Shown: positions 8,814 to 18,279 of the stretch, piece by piece | Layout: every line of letters starts with the position of its first letter | Position numbering within the stretch: the first letter of the stretch is position 1 | Translations under genes and position numbers: made by a program | Source: Theionarchaea archaeon | GTDB taxonomy: Archaea; Methanobacteriota_B; Thermococci; Methanofastidiosales; SZ-28-30 | DNA length: 64,000 nucleotides | Direction of reading: 5' to 3' | Assembly (NCBI GenBank): GCA_018992565.1 | Contig: JACVGW010000002.1 | Location: forward strand, 1-64,000 | The notes under the pieces: generated by a model | Database searches by the model: none | Seen by the model: only the letters and a program-made list of their open reading frames with translations | What the model was told of the DNA's origin: nothing

Positions 8814-10313
8814 CTACCTGAGGAAACACCCAGGTCCTGGGGTTGAGCCTCTTCTTGAGAGTGACGTTATGAGGTCTTTTTTCTGTTCCAGCCTTACAGT
8901 ATCCAAATTCACACTAACTGTTTTATCATCAAGAACAAGTTCGATCCTGGCTTTCCAGGGCAGAAATCTGGTATCTCGAACTTCATCTCTGGCAATGATT
9001 AGAGGATGAAGAAATATTGAAAACAAGATGATTTTTTCTTCTGTGACACGGACGTAGGGGGTTTCTTTGTACCAGAAATAGGCCAAGAGCGAACAAGTAT
9101 ACGGCAGCAGTAAGATCAACCATGAGTCATCCCTGTCGTGATAGAGAAAATAGAGCCCTATACATGCATAACAGGCAGCACATACTAAGACAGCTGCAGA
9201 AGCGTAGGGACTCCGTCTGAAGTCCCTGCCCTTTCCGGAAGAGAGTGAATCATGAAGGGACCACTTCTTCACTGAAAAGGAGGAACCGATAAGAGCAGCT
9301 ATGAGCATCCCTCCGTAAAGACATTCAAAGAAGAAGGGCATCTTCAGAATCAAAGGAAGTGGTGCGGCAGCAGCTGTGGAGATATGCCTACCATAAATGT
9401 CAGAGCTCTCATTTTCTCTTGCAACCATCCATACCACAAGATCACCGTAGACTGCAGGAGATGACTGCCAGTCAAGTCCCGTTGCAATCTGAAACTCCTC
9501 ATTCGTTTTCAAGTTCTGTCCACAGATATCTTCGCCTCTTCCTGTATTCGAATGCTCCCGCCACACCAATATGTCTCCGTAGACTGAGAGAGAGTATTTT
9601 CGGGAGCGAAATGACGGGATTTCTGCCTTCTTTTGAGTTGTGAGGTTGTAGGAATACAGATTAGATGAGCCAGCCCAGAAAATGTTATCACCATCTATTA
9701 CGGGGTATCCAGAGATCTCTGAATTCTCCGTGATGCAGAATTCTCTGGCTGTGGCCAGATCACATGCATAAATTCCATATTCATTTCTCAATTCACACCA
9801 CACAATATACGAATTGAATGTTGCTGGGCGGCATTGATCATGAAGGCTAACTGCAATTTCCAATTCCTTTCCTGTTGAGAGATTATATCCGTAGATGTCC
9901 CAGGTTCCATTCCTGTTGTCTTCCCACACCACAAAGGTCTGGCCAAGTGCAGGATTTCGCTGATCCTGTGAATTGATTGTGATCTGAAATTCTTTCTGGG
10001 TTTTGATATTGTAGCCGTAGATATCTTCATTGCCATTCCTATTGTCTACCCAAACCACTAAGTCCCCATATATACAGGGAGATTCTTGGTCACTGAGGTC
10101 AGACGTGATCTGAAATTCTTCTCCTGTAGAAAGGTGATACCCGTAGATATCCCAGTTCCCATTTCTGTTGTCCGCCCACACAATAGTTTCTTCATATAGT
10201 GCTGGATCCTTCTGGTAATGCGGGTCTGCAGTGATAGCGATTTCATCGCCAGCCTGAGTGGGGATGATGATGAAGACCATGAATACAGCAGCAACCAATA
10301 TGTTTATTTTCAT
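8814..10313 (-). CDS. Secreted TolB-like beta-propeller repeat protein with C-terminal transmembrane region
   Basis: Signal peptide; repeated VVWxDNRNGNWDIYGY...EFQIT units; three hydrophobic helices near the C-terminus. Confidence 0.85.
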   Translation of the reverse strand: MKINILVAAVFMVFIIIPTQAGDEIAITADPHYQKDPALYEETIVWADNRNGNWDIYGYHLSTGEEFQITSDLSDQESPCIYGDLVVWVDNRNGNEDIYGYNIKTQKEFQITINSQDQRNPALGQTFVVWEDNRNGTWDIYGYNLSTGKELEIAVSLHDQCRPATFNSYIVWCELRNEYGIYACDLATAREFCITENSEISGYPVIDGDNIFWAGSSNLYSYNLTTQKKAEIPSFRSRKYSLSVYGDILVWREHSNTGRGEDICGQNLKTNEEFQIATGLDWQSSPAVYGDLVVWMVARENESSDIYGRHISTAAAAPLPLILKMPFFFECLYGGMLIAALIGSSFSVKKWSLHDSLSSGKGRDFRRSPYASAAVLVCAACYACIGLYFLYHDRDDSWLILLLPYTCSLLAYFWYKETPYVRVTEEKIILFSIFLHPLIIARDEVRDTRFLPWKARIELVLDDKTVSVNLDTVRLEQKKDLITSLSRRGSTPGPGCFLR

Positions 10314-10759
10314 TGTACTCTGACATAATCTAAGGAGTATATAACACTTCTCACGCACATGTGTATATATATCTCTAATTGTAGATGATGATATTTATTG
10401 GAAGAAGAACAACACTTCAGGGCAAGTTCAAACAGGATTCTCTCCTTGATAGGAGAGGAGTCTGTCCTATCAGGATAGCATTGTATTCTGAAGTCTAACC
10501 ATGCCAGGCACTAGTGTTGTATAGGCTGGCAGGAACCTCGTTCAGTCGGGAATTGACACGGAGTCAAGGGCAGGGTTTCAACCAAGAGAGTGGCGAGTTG
10601 ATGATTTTCTTTTGAATTCTCCCAGAACCTCATTCTGCAAATCTAAAGGAATCCGTGGGACAAACAAGGCTGCTATCATCATACTGAAGCCTGGATTGAC
10701 ACATCCTTCAACTTTTCTTAATGGAAAACCATATAAACTTCTGTGATACAAAGAAAGAG

Positions 10760-12664
10760 ATGATGTTCAAAAAGAGATTTTCGATAGCCCTTCTTGTGGC
10801 GATTCTCATTCTATCTTTGATTCCTGTTTACGGAGACCCTGCAGAACCAAGAAATGACATTGGTACAGCAGATACGAGAGTCTTTGATCTCATAAACAGC
10901 CTCAACTGGGGGTACGGCAAGAATGGAGAACATCGAAAGAGTCTATTGATGGCTGGTCATCTCCTATGGATGGCATATCAAGATGAGAACTGGGATAGCA
11001 AGGACCCTCAGACCCCTAAGGGTCCCCTTGAAAAGGCTTTCATACTAGGTGCAATAGATGATGCCCTGGAAGCCCTGAAGCAATTCTCGAAGGACAGTCA
11101 GGGGAAGCCACGACGTCTGGATGCTGACGATGGCGTGAACGCCACTATGCACCAGTGGGTGGCCGAAATCACTGAGAAGTTGGAGAATGCCAAGAAGGAG
11201 CTTGAGAAGAATTTCTACGGCACTCCTCAGCACCTGAAGGACGCTCTCAAGGGACTTGTTGATATCTGGTCAGGGAAGTCACAAGCTTCCAGCACTGCCA
11301 AGAGGGCAGGTGAAGATGCGCAGGAAAACCTCTGTCAGTGGGATGCAAACCCGCAGCCCTCACCTGGAGCTACTCCAACTCCTCCATGGACACCACCCAA
11401 AAAGGACGGAAAGCCAGTTCCCACAAGAGTAGGTGGAGAAGAGGTTCGGGTACCAAAGCGCAGGCTGAGATTGGATCTTCAGAAAATCCTCATTGACATT
11501 TTCAAGAAGAACGAGAGGAACATCAGAAACCTCCCACAATGGCTGGAACGAAATCCGAACAATATGAAAGACCATGCTCACACTGCAGCAGATGAAGCTC
11601 TCAAGCTGCTGAAGATTCTCAGGGCAATTGCGCGATTGCTGGATGTCCCGTTGAAACCCATCCAATTGTACAGGAATGTCTACGTGTACACAGATCCTCC
11701 TGGCGGATGGGGCCGATTTCCAGGGGGATTGCCGGTACCCACAGGATCAGCCGGCACAGATATTGAGACCGTTGTTGTGGATTCCAAAGGACCAGATTTA
11801 CTTGTGTACCTTGCGATGAATGGGGCCATAGAGGAAAAGGACGGAAAGGAAATCAGTCTACTCATTGATCGGGACTCTGATCCCAGTACAGGTTCCAGTG
11901 AAGTTGTCTATGGTGGACTGGGAGTAGACGCATCTGTAGGACTGTACTGCTCAGCCTCCTCTCCTGCTCAGTGGAACCTGCAGGTGTGGGAAGTGAGTAA
12001 TGGGGAATGGGTCATGAAAGAGGAACTTGATTCCTCACTGTGGGATATTTCTGGCGACACAGTGGAGTTTACTATACCTGACTTTAAGGAGGTCTTGGGA
12101 ATTGAGACACACGTTTTTAGCTGGATAGCAATGGCGTATGAGGATGGCAATGTGGATATGGGCCCAGATGAGCCAGTCATATCCTTTTCTCAGGTGCCGC
12201 CTGAAGCCTTCAGCGTATTAGCCCAGGGAGCAGACTACGATCTCAACCAGGATTTCGCCACCTCTTTCTCTGAATACACCACAGATACAGACGCCATATA
12301 TGCAGTTCAGCTAGGAGGGCCTGCGATACATGAAGGGTTGTGGATGAAGTACGGTGTTTTCTTCATGAAGGACGAAGGGGAACACTATTCCCGACTGGTC
12401 AGTGAAGAAGAGGAGTACCAGTGCGTATGGGGCGAGTTGGATTACTGTGTCCTGGTCTTTGAGGTGACTCAAGAGGGAATAACAGTGAACATTGCAGGTA
12501 TCACCCGCTATGGGACAAGGAGCGGATTGTACTGGCTAATGGAACACTGGGATATTGTGGCACCCTCTGAAGAGGCACCTTTGGTGTTGATTTTGGAGTG
12601 GGCTGACGACAACAATAATGGTGCAGTAGATACTGAAGAAACAGTAGAAGTCGAAGTGATCTAG
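10760..12664 (+). CDS. Large secreted/cell-surface protein with an unknown helical N-terminal domain and an S-layer-like acidic C-terminus
   Basis: Signal peptide KKRFSIALLVAILIL; Pro-rich linker; C-terminal IAGITRYGT...ILEWADDNNNGAVD. Confidence 0.6.
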   Translation: MMFKKRFSIALLVAILILSLIPVYGDPAEPRNDIGTADTRVFDLINSLNWGYGKNGEHRKSLLMAGHLLWMAYQDENWDSKDPQTPKGPLEKAFILGAIDDALEALKQFSKDSQGKPRRLDADDGVNATMHQWVAEITEKLENAKKELEKNFYGTPQHLKDALKGLVDIWSGKSQASSTAKRAGEDAQENLCQWDANPQPSPGATPTPPWTPPKKDGKPVPTRVGGEEVRVPKRRLRLDLQKILIDIFKKNERNIRNLPQWLERNPNNMKDHAHTAADEALKLLKILRAIARLLDVPLKPIQLYRNVYVYTDPPGGWGRFPGGLPVPTGSAGTDIETVVVDSKGPDLLVYLAMNGAIEEKDGKEISLLIDRDSDPSTGSSEVVYGGLGVDASVGLYCSASSPAQWNLQVWEVSNGEWVMKEELDSSLWDISGDTVEFTIPDFKEVLGIETHVFSWIAMAYEDGNVDMGPDEPVISFSQVPPEAFSVLAQGADYDLNQDFATSFSEYTTDTDAIYAVQLGGPAIHEGLWMKYGVFFMKDEGEHYSRLVSEEEEYQCVWGELDYCVLVFEVTQEGITVNIAGITRYGTRSGLYWLMEHWDIVAPSEEAPLVLILEWADDNNNGAVDTEETVEVEVI

Positions 12665-12890
12665 CCTGCAAAGGTGACACGTACTGAGAACAAGTCTGCC
12701 GCAGCCGTATGTCATGACGCATCGTGGAGAACGAAAAGAGTGGAATCCCTCACTGAAGTAGTGGAGTGAATGAACAGCTATACCAACCTCGTGCACCTAG
12801 AGTGCAGAGTACTCGATTCGTTTCACCATCGCCAGAGTGGAAATCCTTAAATGTACTAGCCATGAGGAGGTGTCAAGAGATGAAGATTCC

Positions 12891-13868
12891 ATGAACTCAG
12901 TCATTGAGACCCGATTCCTCACCAAAATCTTCAACCAGAAGACCATTGCAGTCAATGATCTCTTTCTCACAGTCCCAGAGAACTCGATTTACGGATTTCT
13001 GGGACCAAATGGGGCAGGAAAGACTACTACCATCAAGCTCATTCTGGGATTGATACGCCCATCAGCGGGATTTGTCCGCATTTTTGGTACTCTCATGGGA
13101 ATGGATTCTTCAGATGTCAGACGGAGAATTGGATACCTGCCCACACAACCGAAATTTCCCAATACCATGACACCCATAACCTATCTGGACTTCATCGGCA
13201 AGGTATTTGGTCTCCCCAGACAGGTACGAATACCGCGAATCACAGAGTTGATCAGGAGCGTTGATTTGCTGCCTCTCTCCTCGTCTGAAATCAAGCGGTT
13301 CTCCACTGGTGAAATTACTCGAGTGGCCATGGCTGCCTGCCTCATAAATGATCCTGAACTCCTCGTGCTGGATGAACCCACGTTAGGACTGGACCCTATA
13401 GGGCGAGCCTCAACAGTCAAGCTCATTACAGAACTGGGGAACAGAGAGGGGAAGACTGTCTTCGTTTCCTCACACATTCTTGCGGACATCGAACGGTTCT
13501 GTACACATGTTGGTATCATAAACAGTGGCAAACTCATATTTGACGGCACTATTACTGAAGTGAAGAAGCTCATCAGGACCAATTCCGTGGAATTACAGGT
13601 TGAAGGTGAGACGGGATCATTCATCTCAGAAGTGAAAGCAATTCCACACATAACCAACGTGCAGTCCTTCAAGCATGGCATCAAGATTGGTATTGATCCT
13701 CAGCATTACTCTGAGACACTGCTGGACATTTTCAGGGTCTTGACTGAGAAGAACCTGGAGTTGATCTCTCTCAGTCTGGGGTCTGAAAGCCTTGAAGAAG
13801 CATTTCTGGATTTGTTGGAGGAGGAGAAATCACATGGATTCTTACGAGCAATCTCAAGGAAAGCGTAG
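12891..13868 (+). CDS. ABC transporter ATP-binding protein (exporter type)
   Basis: Walker A GPNGAGKTT, signature FSTGE, Walker B LVLDEP, SSH. Confidence 0.95.
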   Translation: MNSVIETRFLTKIFNQKTIAVNDLFLTVPENSIYGFLGPNGAGKTTTIKLILGLIRPSAGFVRIFGTLMGMDSSDVRRRIGYLPTQPKFPNTMTPITYLDFIGKVFGLPRQVRIPRITELIRSVDLLPLSSSEIKRFSTGEITRVAMAACLINDPELLVLDEPTLGLDPIGRASTVKLITELGNREGKTVFVSSHILADIERFCTHVGIINSGKLIFDGTITEVKKLIRTNSVELQVEGETGSFISEVKAIPHITNVQSFKHGIKIGIDPQHYSETLLDIFRVLTEKNLELISLSLGSESLEEAFLDLLEEEKSHGFLRAISRKA

Positions 13869-14592
13869 TATTGGACATTTTCTGGAGAAAAATGTCTTTC
13901 TGGTTCTATTCATTCATGAGGTACGATCAGGATTCAAGAATCCTCTCCAGAAGGGATGGATTGCAGGCATTCTATTTCTTGGATCGCTTTTTACTCTTGG
14001 CAGCAGAAATCTGGAAGCAGTCAGTGCTCTGTTGGTTCTATTTATTTTTTTCGGCAGTGTAGTCACGTTAGTCCTCTCTTCATCTTCCATATCTGGTGAA
14101 ATAGATGAAATTGCAGATTCTCTGTTGAGTAAGTCGGTGAAACGCTGGGAATATGTCCTATCGAAATTTACATCTCACGTTGTTATAGTTGTGACTGTCT
14201 ACGTGATGGTGGTCTTGCTGCAGGTGGGAATACTGTGGAGACTCCACTTTCTTCCCGAATCGCTGGACTATGGGAACCTCTCTTTCTTTATTATGATTGT
14301 GGGGCTCGTTCTTGTGTTCTTTTCTTCTGTTGGGGTACTGTTTTCTTCGTTGTTTTCGAGAACAGTGTTGTCACTTCTGGCAGGGTTCATTGTGTGGTTT
14401 CTCCTGGTCTTCCTTTTCTTGGCTACGGGATGGAACTTCATGTACTCGCCGGTGGAGATTTTTGAGCATTTCTTGCCCATACTAGAAGGATCGTGGGATG
14501 TTGAATACTGGAAAATACTCCTTTTCTATACAGGTTCGTCCTGTATTTCCTGTTTTGTTTCGTTGCTGTGGTTCTACCAGCGGGACCTCTAA
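13834..14592 (+). CDS. ABC-2 type permease
   Basis: About six TM helices; SISGEID...LLSKSVKRWEYVLSKF motif; overlaps the ATPase gene. Confidence 0.88.
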   Translation: MDSYEQSQGKRSIGHFLEKNVFLVLFIHEVRSGFKNPLQKGWIAGILFLGSLFTLGSRNLEAVSALLVLFIFFGSVVTLVLSSSSISGEIDEIADSLLSKSVKRWEYVLSKFTSHVVIVVTVYVMVVLLQVGILWRLHFLPESLDYGNLSFFIMIVGLVLVFFSSVGVLFSSLFSRTVLSLLAGFIVWFLLVFLFLATGWNFMYSPVEIFEHFLPILEGSWDVEYWKILLFYTGSSCISCFVSLLWFYQRDL

Positions 14593-14780
14593 CGGGCCGG
14601 AGTCTATCCTTTCTTGAGCACCCTCTGTTAGGTCACCGTTCTCGTACCTGAGTCTTGATAGACAATAGGTACTTAAAGTATTGAAACATGTCTTTTCGTT
14701 ATCAGAAATTCTGAGCATGCACTCAGTAGGATGAACGCGGTCTTTGGGATCACAATTCACGGAAAATCGCGCGAGGAAGT

Positions 14781-15323
14781 ATGACATCTGAAGAAAAAAC
14801 TCTTGCAGGAAGAATCTTGCTCCTCATGGGAAGCAAGACATTCAAGGAGAAAGAGCTCCCTCAGGAGATCAGTGAAAAGATAGACGAGGCAATAGCCCTT
14901 GACATGACAATTATTGTAGGAGAAGCTGCCGGTGCATGCAGACTCTATCAGGATTATCTGGAGTTAAAACACTATCCCGACGTCGTGGTGGGTCATGCAC
15001 GGAGCATGAGGTACAATGCAGGTTCTTGGAGAACAGTGAAATATGGTGACGACCTTAAGGAACGAGAAAGAGCAATGATTGAAGCAGCCGATTCTGCCCT
15101 GGTGATATGGGCAGACAGGAGTGGCGTCATTGCTGAGAACCTTGAGCTTTTGAAGCGACGAAGCATACCTACATTTCTCTATGAGTATGAGACTAAAACG
15201 GGAAAAGCAGCAGGATCCTGGCTCGATCCCGACAGAATCTATGACACTTACTATGATATGAAAGAGTACTGGAGAAGCCAGAAGGAGCAAAAGTGCCAGA
15301 AAGGGCGAGCAGAAGAGACCTGA
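14781..15323 (+). CDS. SLOG-superfamily (YspA-like) nucleotide-binding protein
   Basis: IIVGEAAGA...RERAMIEAADSALVIWADRSGV pattern of the SLOG fold. Confidence 0.55.
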   Translation: MTSEEKTLAGRILLLMGSKTFKEKELPQEISEKIDEAIALDMTIIVGEAAGACRLYQDYLELKHYPDVVVGHARSMRYNAGSWRTVKYGDDLKERERAMIEAADSALVIWADRSGVIAENLELLKRRSIPTFLYEYETKTGKAAGSWLDPDRIYDTYYDMKEYWRSQKEQKCQKGRAEET

Positions 15324-15355
15324 CTCTGAATCCTCTCCACAGTCTGAAAGAGAAT

Positions 15356-16162
15356 TCACTCCTGAGCAGGTTGTCTGGTGCCTACGTATACCCCATACCC
15401 GAAGTAGTCAAAAACGTTCAGGGGAATCTTCGTTGCTTCTCTTGTCATTTCCTTTATTACTTTTCTATATACAGGATCTGTGAAAAAGAGTGATATGAGC
15501 CTTCCCCAGGGACTGAAAACCTCCTTAAGACCCACCATCTTGAGTTCATTACTGAACTGATGAAGGTACGTTGTCCTGCGGGGCCTCACCGTAACGACCT
15601 TTAGCCCGGCTCCTTTCAAGAGCGCTTCCCACCTTTCAGGTGATTCAGGTTCGACACCCATTATTCGGGAGAGATACTCCACAAGGCTCTCGGGAGGCTG
15701 GGCTATCCAGGTAGTCTCGTTAATCCCCACAAATCCTCCTTCTCTCACCACGCGTCTGTACTCACCTACCGCTCTTTTCTTGTCAATTACAAATGCTGTA
15801 ACAGATTCACTGAGGACAACGTCAAATTGGCTGTCCTCAAAAGGAAGATTCAAAGCATCTCCCACTTGAACTGTAACCATATCATCAACATCTCTTTCTT
15901 GCGTTCTTTCTCTTGAACGCGCCACCATCTCCTCACGAATGTCTACTGCCATCACCCTGCACCCGTATTTTTCAGCAATGAAACATGCTGCAGCTCCCAC
16001 ACCGCATCCCACATCCAGAACATATCCATCATTTCTTATGTGACATACTTCAGCCAGTTCCTCCGTGGCCTCCAATCCCCCCATGTGGTTCGTAATCCCC
16101 AGTGAAGACTGCAGCTCGAAATATGACTCTCTCAGGTCTATATCATGGTGAGGATTCTGCAT
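15356..16162 (-). CDS. Class I SAM-dependent methyltransferase
   Basis: HMGGLEAT, VLDVGCGVG and GDALNLPFEDSQFD motifs. Confidence 0.92.
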   Translation of the reverse strand: MQNPHHDIDLRESYFELQSSLGITNHMGGLEATEELAEVCHIRNDGYVLDVGCGVGAAACFIAEKYGCRVMAVDIREEMVARSRERTQERDVDDMVTVQVGDALNLPFEDSQFDVVLSESVTAFVIDKKRAVGEYRRVVREGGFVGINETTWIAQPPESLVEYLSRIMGVEPESPERWEALLKGAGLKVVTVRPRRTTYLHQFSNELKMVGLKEVFSPWGRLISLFFTDPVYRKVIKEMTREATKIPLNVFDYFGYGVYVGTRQPAQE

Positions 16163-16553
16163 TTTATCACATTTCTTTCAATTCTAGAGCATTTAAATCT
16201 TTGTCCTGCAAAGCATGAGTTCAAATGAACATTCTGACCTGCCTTTCTCTGTTCTCTCTGGCTCTGGATCACTGGAAAAATGATGCTCCTGGCAGCGGAA
16301 AGGTAGGTTAATTCCAAGCCTCGCACTCCTCATCAGGTTTACACTAATTTGTGCAAACCCAAGGTATTTATCCCTGTTCCCCATTTTCCTCCTGTACGTG
16401 AAACACCTTTCTGTAGAGAACGAGGTCTTTCACCACTTTTCCTCCTTTTTCTCTTTTTATATAACTACCTTCAGTCTATTCAGCAATCATCGCTTCTGGA
16501 AGGTTCTTGTCATATGCCATAAAGGTTATATATACACGTGTAAAGGGTAGTAC

Positions 16554-17030
16554 ATGTTGAAGAAGAAAGGAGTAAAGATTACCGAGAGACAATACGAACT
16601 GGTGAAGATGTTTGAAAAACAGGGTTCAGTCCACAAGGTGTGCACAGTCACCACCAGTCAGGCAGATCTCTCCAAGAGATTGGGCATCACTAGGCAGGCA
16701 CTACACACACACCTCAAGAGCCTGAAAGACGAAGGTCTTATTAGGACAGGGAGAGGGTTTATTGATCTGACAGAAAAAGCTCTGGAATTTTTGGAAACCA
16801 AGTCAGGGGAAGCATACATTGTTATCAGAACGGATCCTCAGAGAAGAAGAGAAGTCCTCAATAATGTATCACAGCTGAAGTTTCACAAATTATGCAGGAC
16901 TACAGGGGATGCAGACATCATTATTACAGTAGAAAGAAAGAATTTGGATAATGCTATAGAGGAAATACAGAAAATGGAAGGAATAAGGGAAGCTACCACT
17001 CATATCCTCCTGGAATGCAAGTGGGAGTAA
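16554..17030 (+). CDS. Lrp/AsnC-family transcriptional regulator
   Basis: wHTH (SQADLSKRLGITRQAL) plus a RAM domain (TTGDADII...EATTHILL). Confidence 0.85.
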   Translation: MLKKKGVKITERQYELVKMFEKQGSVHKVCTVTTSQADLSKRLGITRQALHTHLKSLKDEGLIRTGRGFIDLTEKALEFLETKSGEAYIVIRTDPQRRREVLNNVSQLKFHKLCRTTGDADIIITVERKNLDNAIEEIQKMEGIREATTHILLECKWE

Positions 17031-17062
17031 ATCCTCACTACTTCTCTTGACTGCTGTTGTCA

Positions 17063-17665
17063 TCAGGATTTCTTGAGTACGTCCCGTATTCTCTTTCCCA
17101 TACTTTTGCAGGTTTGAATGGCTAAAGGGTCCTTCTTCACAAACCGCCATCCATCATCTTTCTGCAGACTGCCAGCCACGAAAAATCCTTCTGAGACAGG
17201 GTCTTCGCAGGTGCCGAATACCAGCATCCCGTGCCCGAGAGCAAAGTTCACGAGACTGGAAGCTACCATTTCCTGCCCTCCATTTCTCAGCCCTGCATGA
17301 GTAATCACTGCACAGTACTTGTTCTTGAGTCTTGTATTTTGCATTTTCATCGTCCTGGACCGGTCGATGAAGGTCTTCATTACAGCAGGAACCTGTCCAA
17401 AATAAGAGGGTGAACCCAGTATGATACAATCTGCCTCCACCAAGGCATGTTCAACCGTGGTCATGTCGTCATCTTTAGGGCACTGGCGATCTCTCACACA
17501 GAGATCGCATCCATCACACTCTTCTATCACATAGTCCGACAGATACAGAATATCAGTCTCAATGACAGGGTCTTCCACTGCTCTGAGGACCTCTTCCATC
17601 AAGAAGGAGGTATTTCCTTTTTTTCTGGGACTTCCCACAACACCGACTACTTTCATGCAGAACAT
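17063..17665 (-). CDS. Iron-sulfur flavoprotein (Isf-like flavodoxin family)
   Basis: GSPRKKGNT, CDGCDLC-x5-C, GSPSYFG and RNGGQE motifs. Confidence 0.9.
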   Translation of the reverse strand: MFCMKVVGVVGSPRKKGNTSFLMEEVLRAVEDPVIETDILYLSDYVIEECDGCDLCVRDRQCPKDDDMTTVEHALVEADCIILGSPSYFGQVPAVMKTFIDRSRTMKMQNTRLKNKYCAVITHAGLRNGGQEMVASSLVNFALGHGMLVFGTCEDPVSEGFFVAGSLQKDDGWRFVKKDPLAIQTCKSMGKRIRDVLKKS

Positions 17666-17852
17666 GTCATCCCGATTCTTTTAAATGTGTTGTACCTTGA
17701 TCTCAATCACATCACTGATGAAAAGAGTCATCAGATGGCGCCAGGCAGAACAACGAAACACTCTTGGGAGCAGGGTCAGCACATATCTCTTCACTTCCTA
17801 TTCTCTCTTATCTTTAGAAACATTTATATGAGGGGACTGCATAGGGGGCGCA

Positions 17853-18101
17853 ATGAAAATGTGCTGGGAACTCAATGAGGGCTGCGTGTGCAAATGGATG
17901 CACCCCTCGGAAGCGCCTTGTCCAGCGTTCAGGGATAGAAAAGGATGCTGGGAAATTGATTGGATCGGCATTATTTCCAACCTGCCCCCCGACAAAAGAG
18001 AATACTGGAAGAAGTTTATGAAGAAATGTGCAGGATGTCCCGTCTATGAACAACACAAGGAGGAGAAGAACCAGACATTAGAGAAGATTGAATCATTATA
18101 G
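17853..18101 (+). CDS. Small Cys-rich protein with two CWE motifs
   Basis: CWE...C-x-C...CPA...CWE...CAGCPVY; preceded by TTTATAT and a GGGGG RBS-like run. Confidence 0.65.
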   Translation: MKMCWELNEGCVCKWMHPSEAPCPAFRDRKGCWEIDWIGIISNLPPDKREYWKKFMKKCAGCPVYEQHKEEKNQTLEKIESL

Positions 18102-18279
18102 CAACTGATGCTGTCCATGTCGCGAGCGGGGAGAAAATACAGGAATTATCTAACCTAGAGGTAGTGAATTTTCCATTAAATGAGCTGGGATTTTCTGTGG
18201 TTTCTTGTTGCGACAGCTACCTGTATAGATGCGGTGCTTTTTGAGGTTCGGACTGTCTTTTCGGAGGATCTTCACAGTG

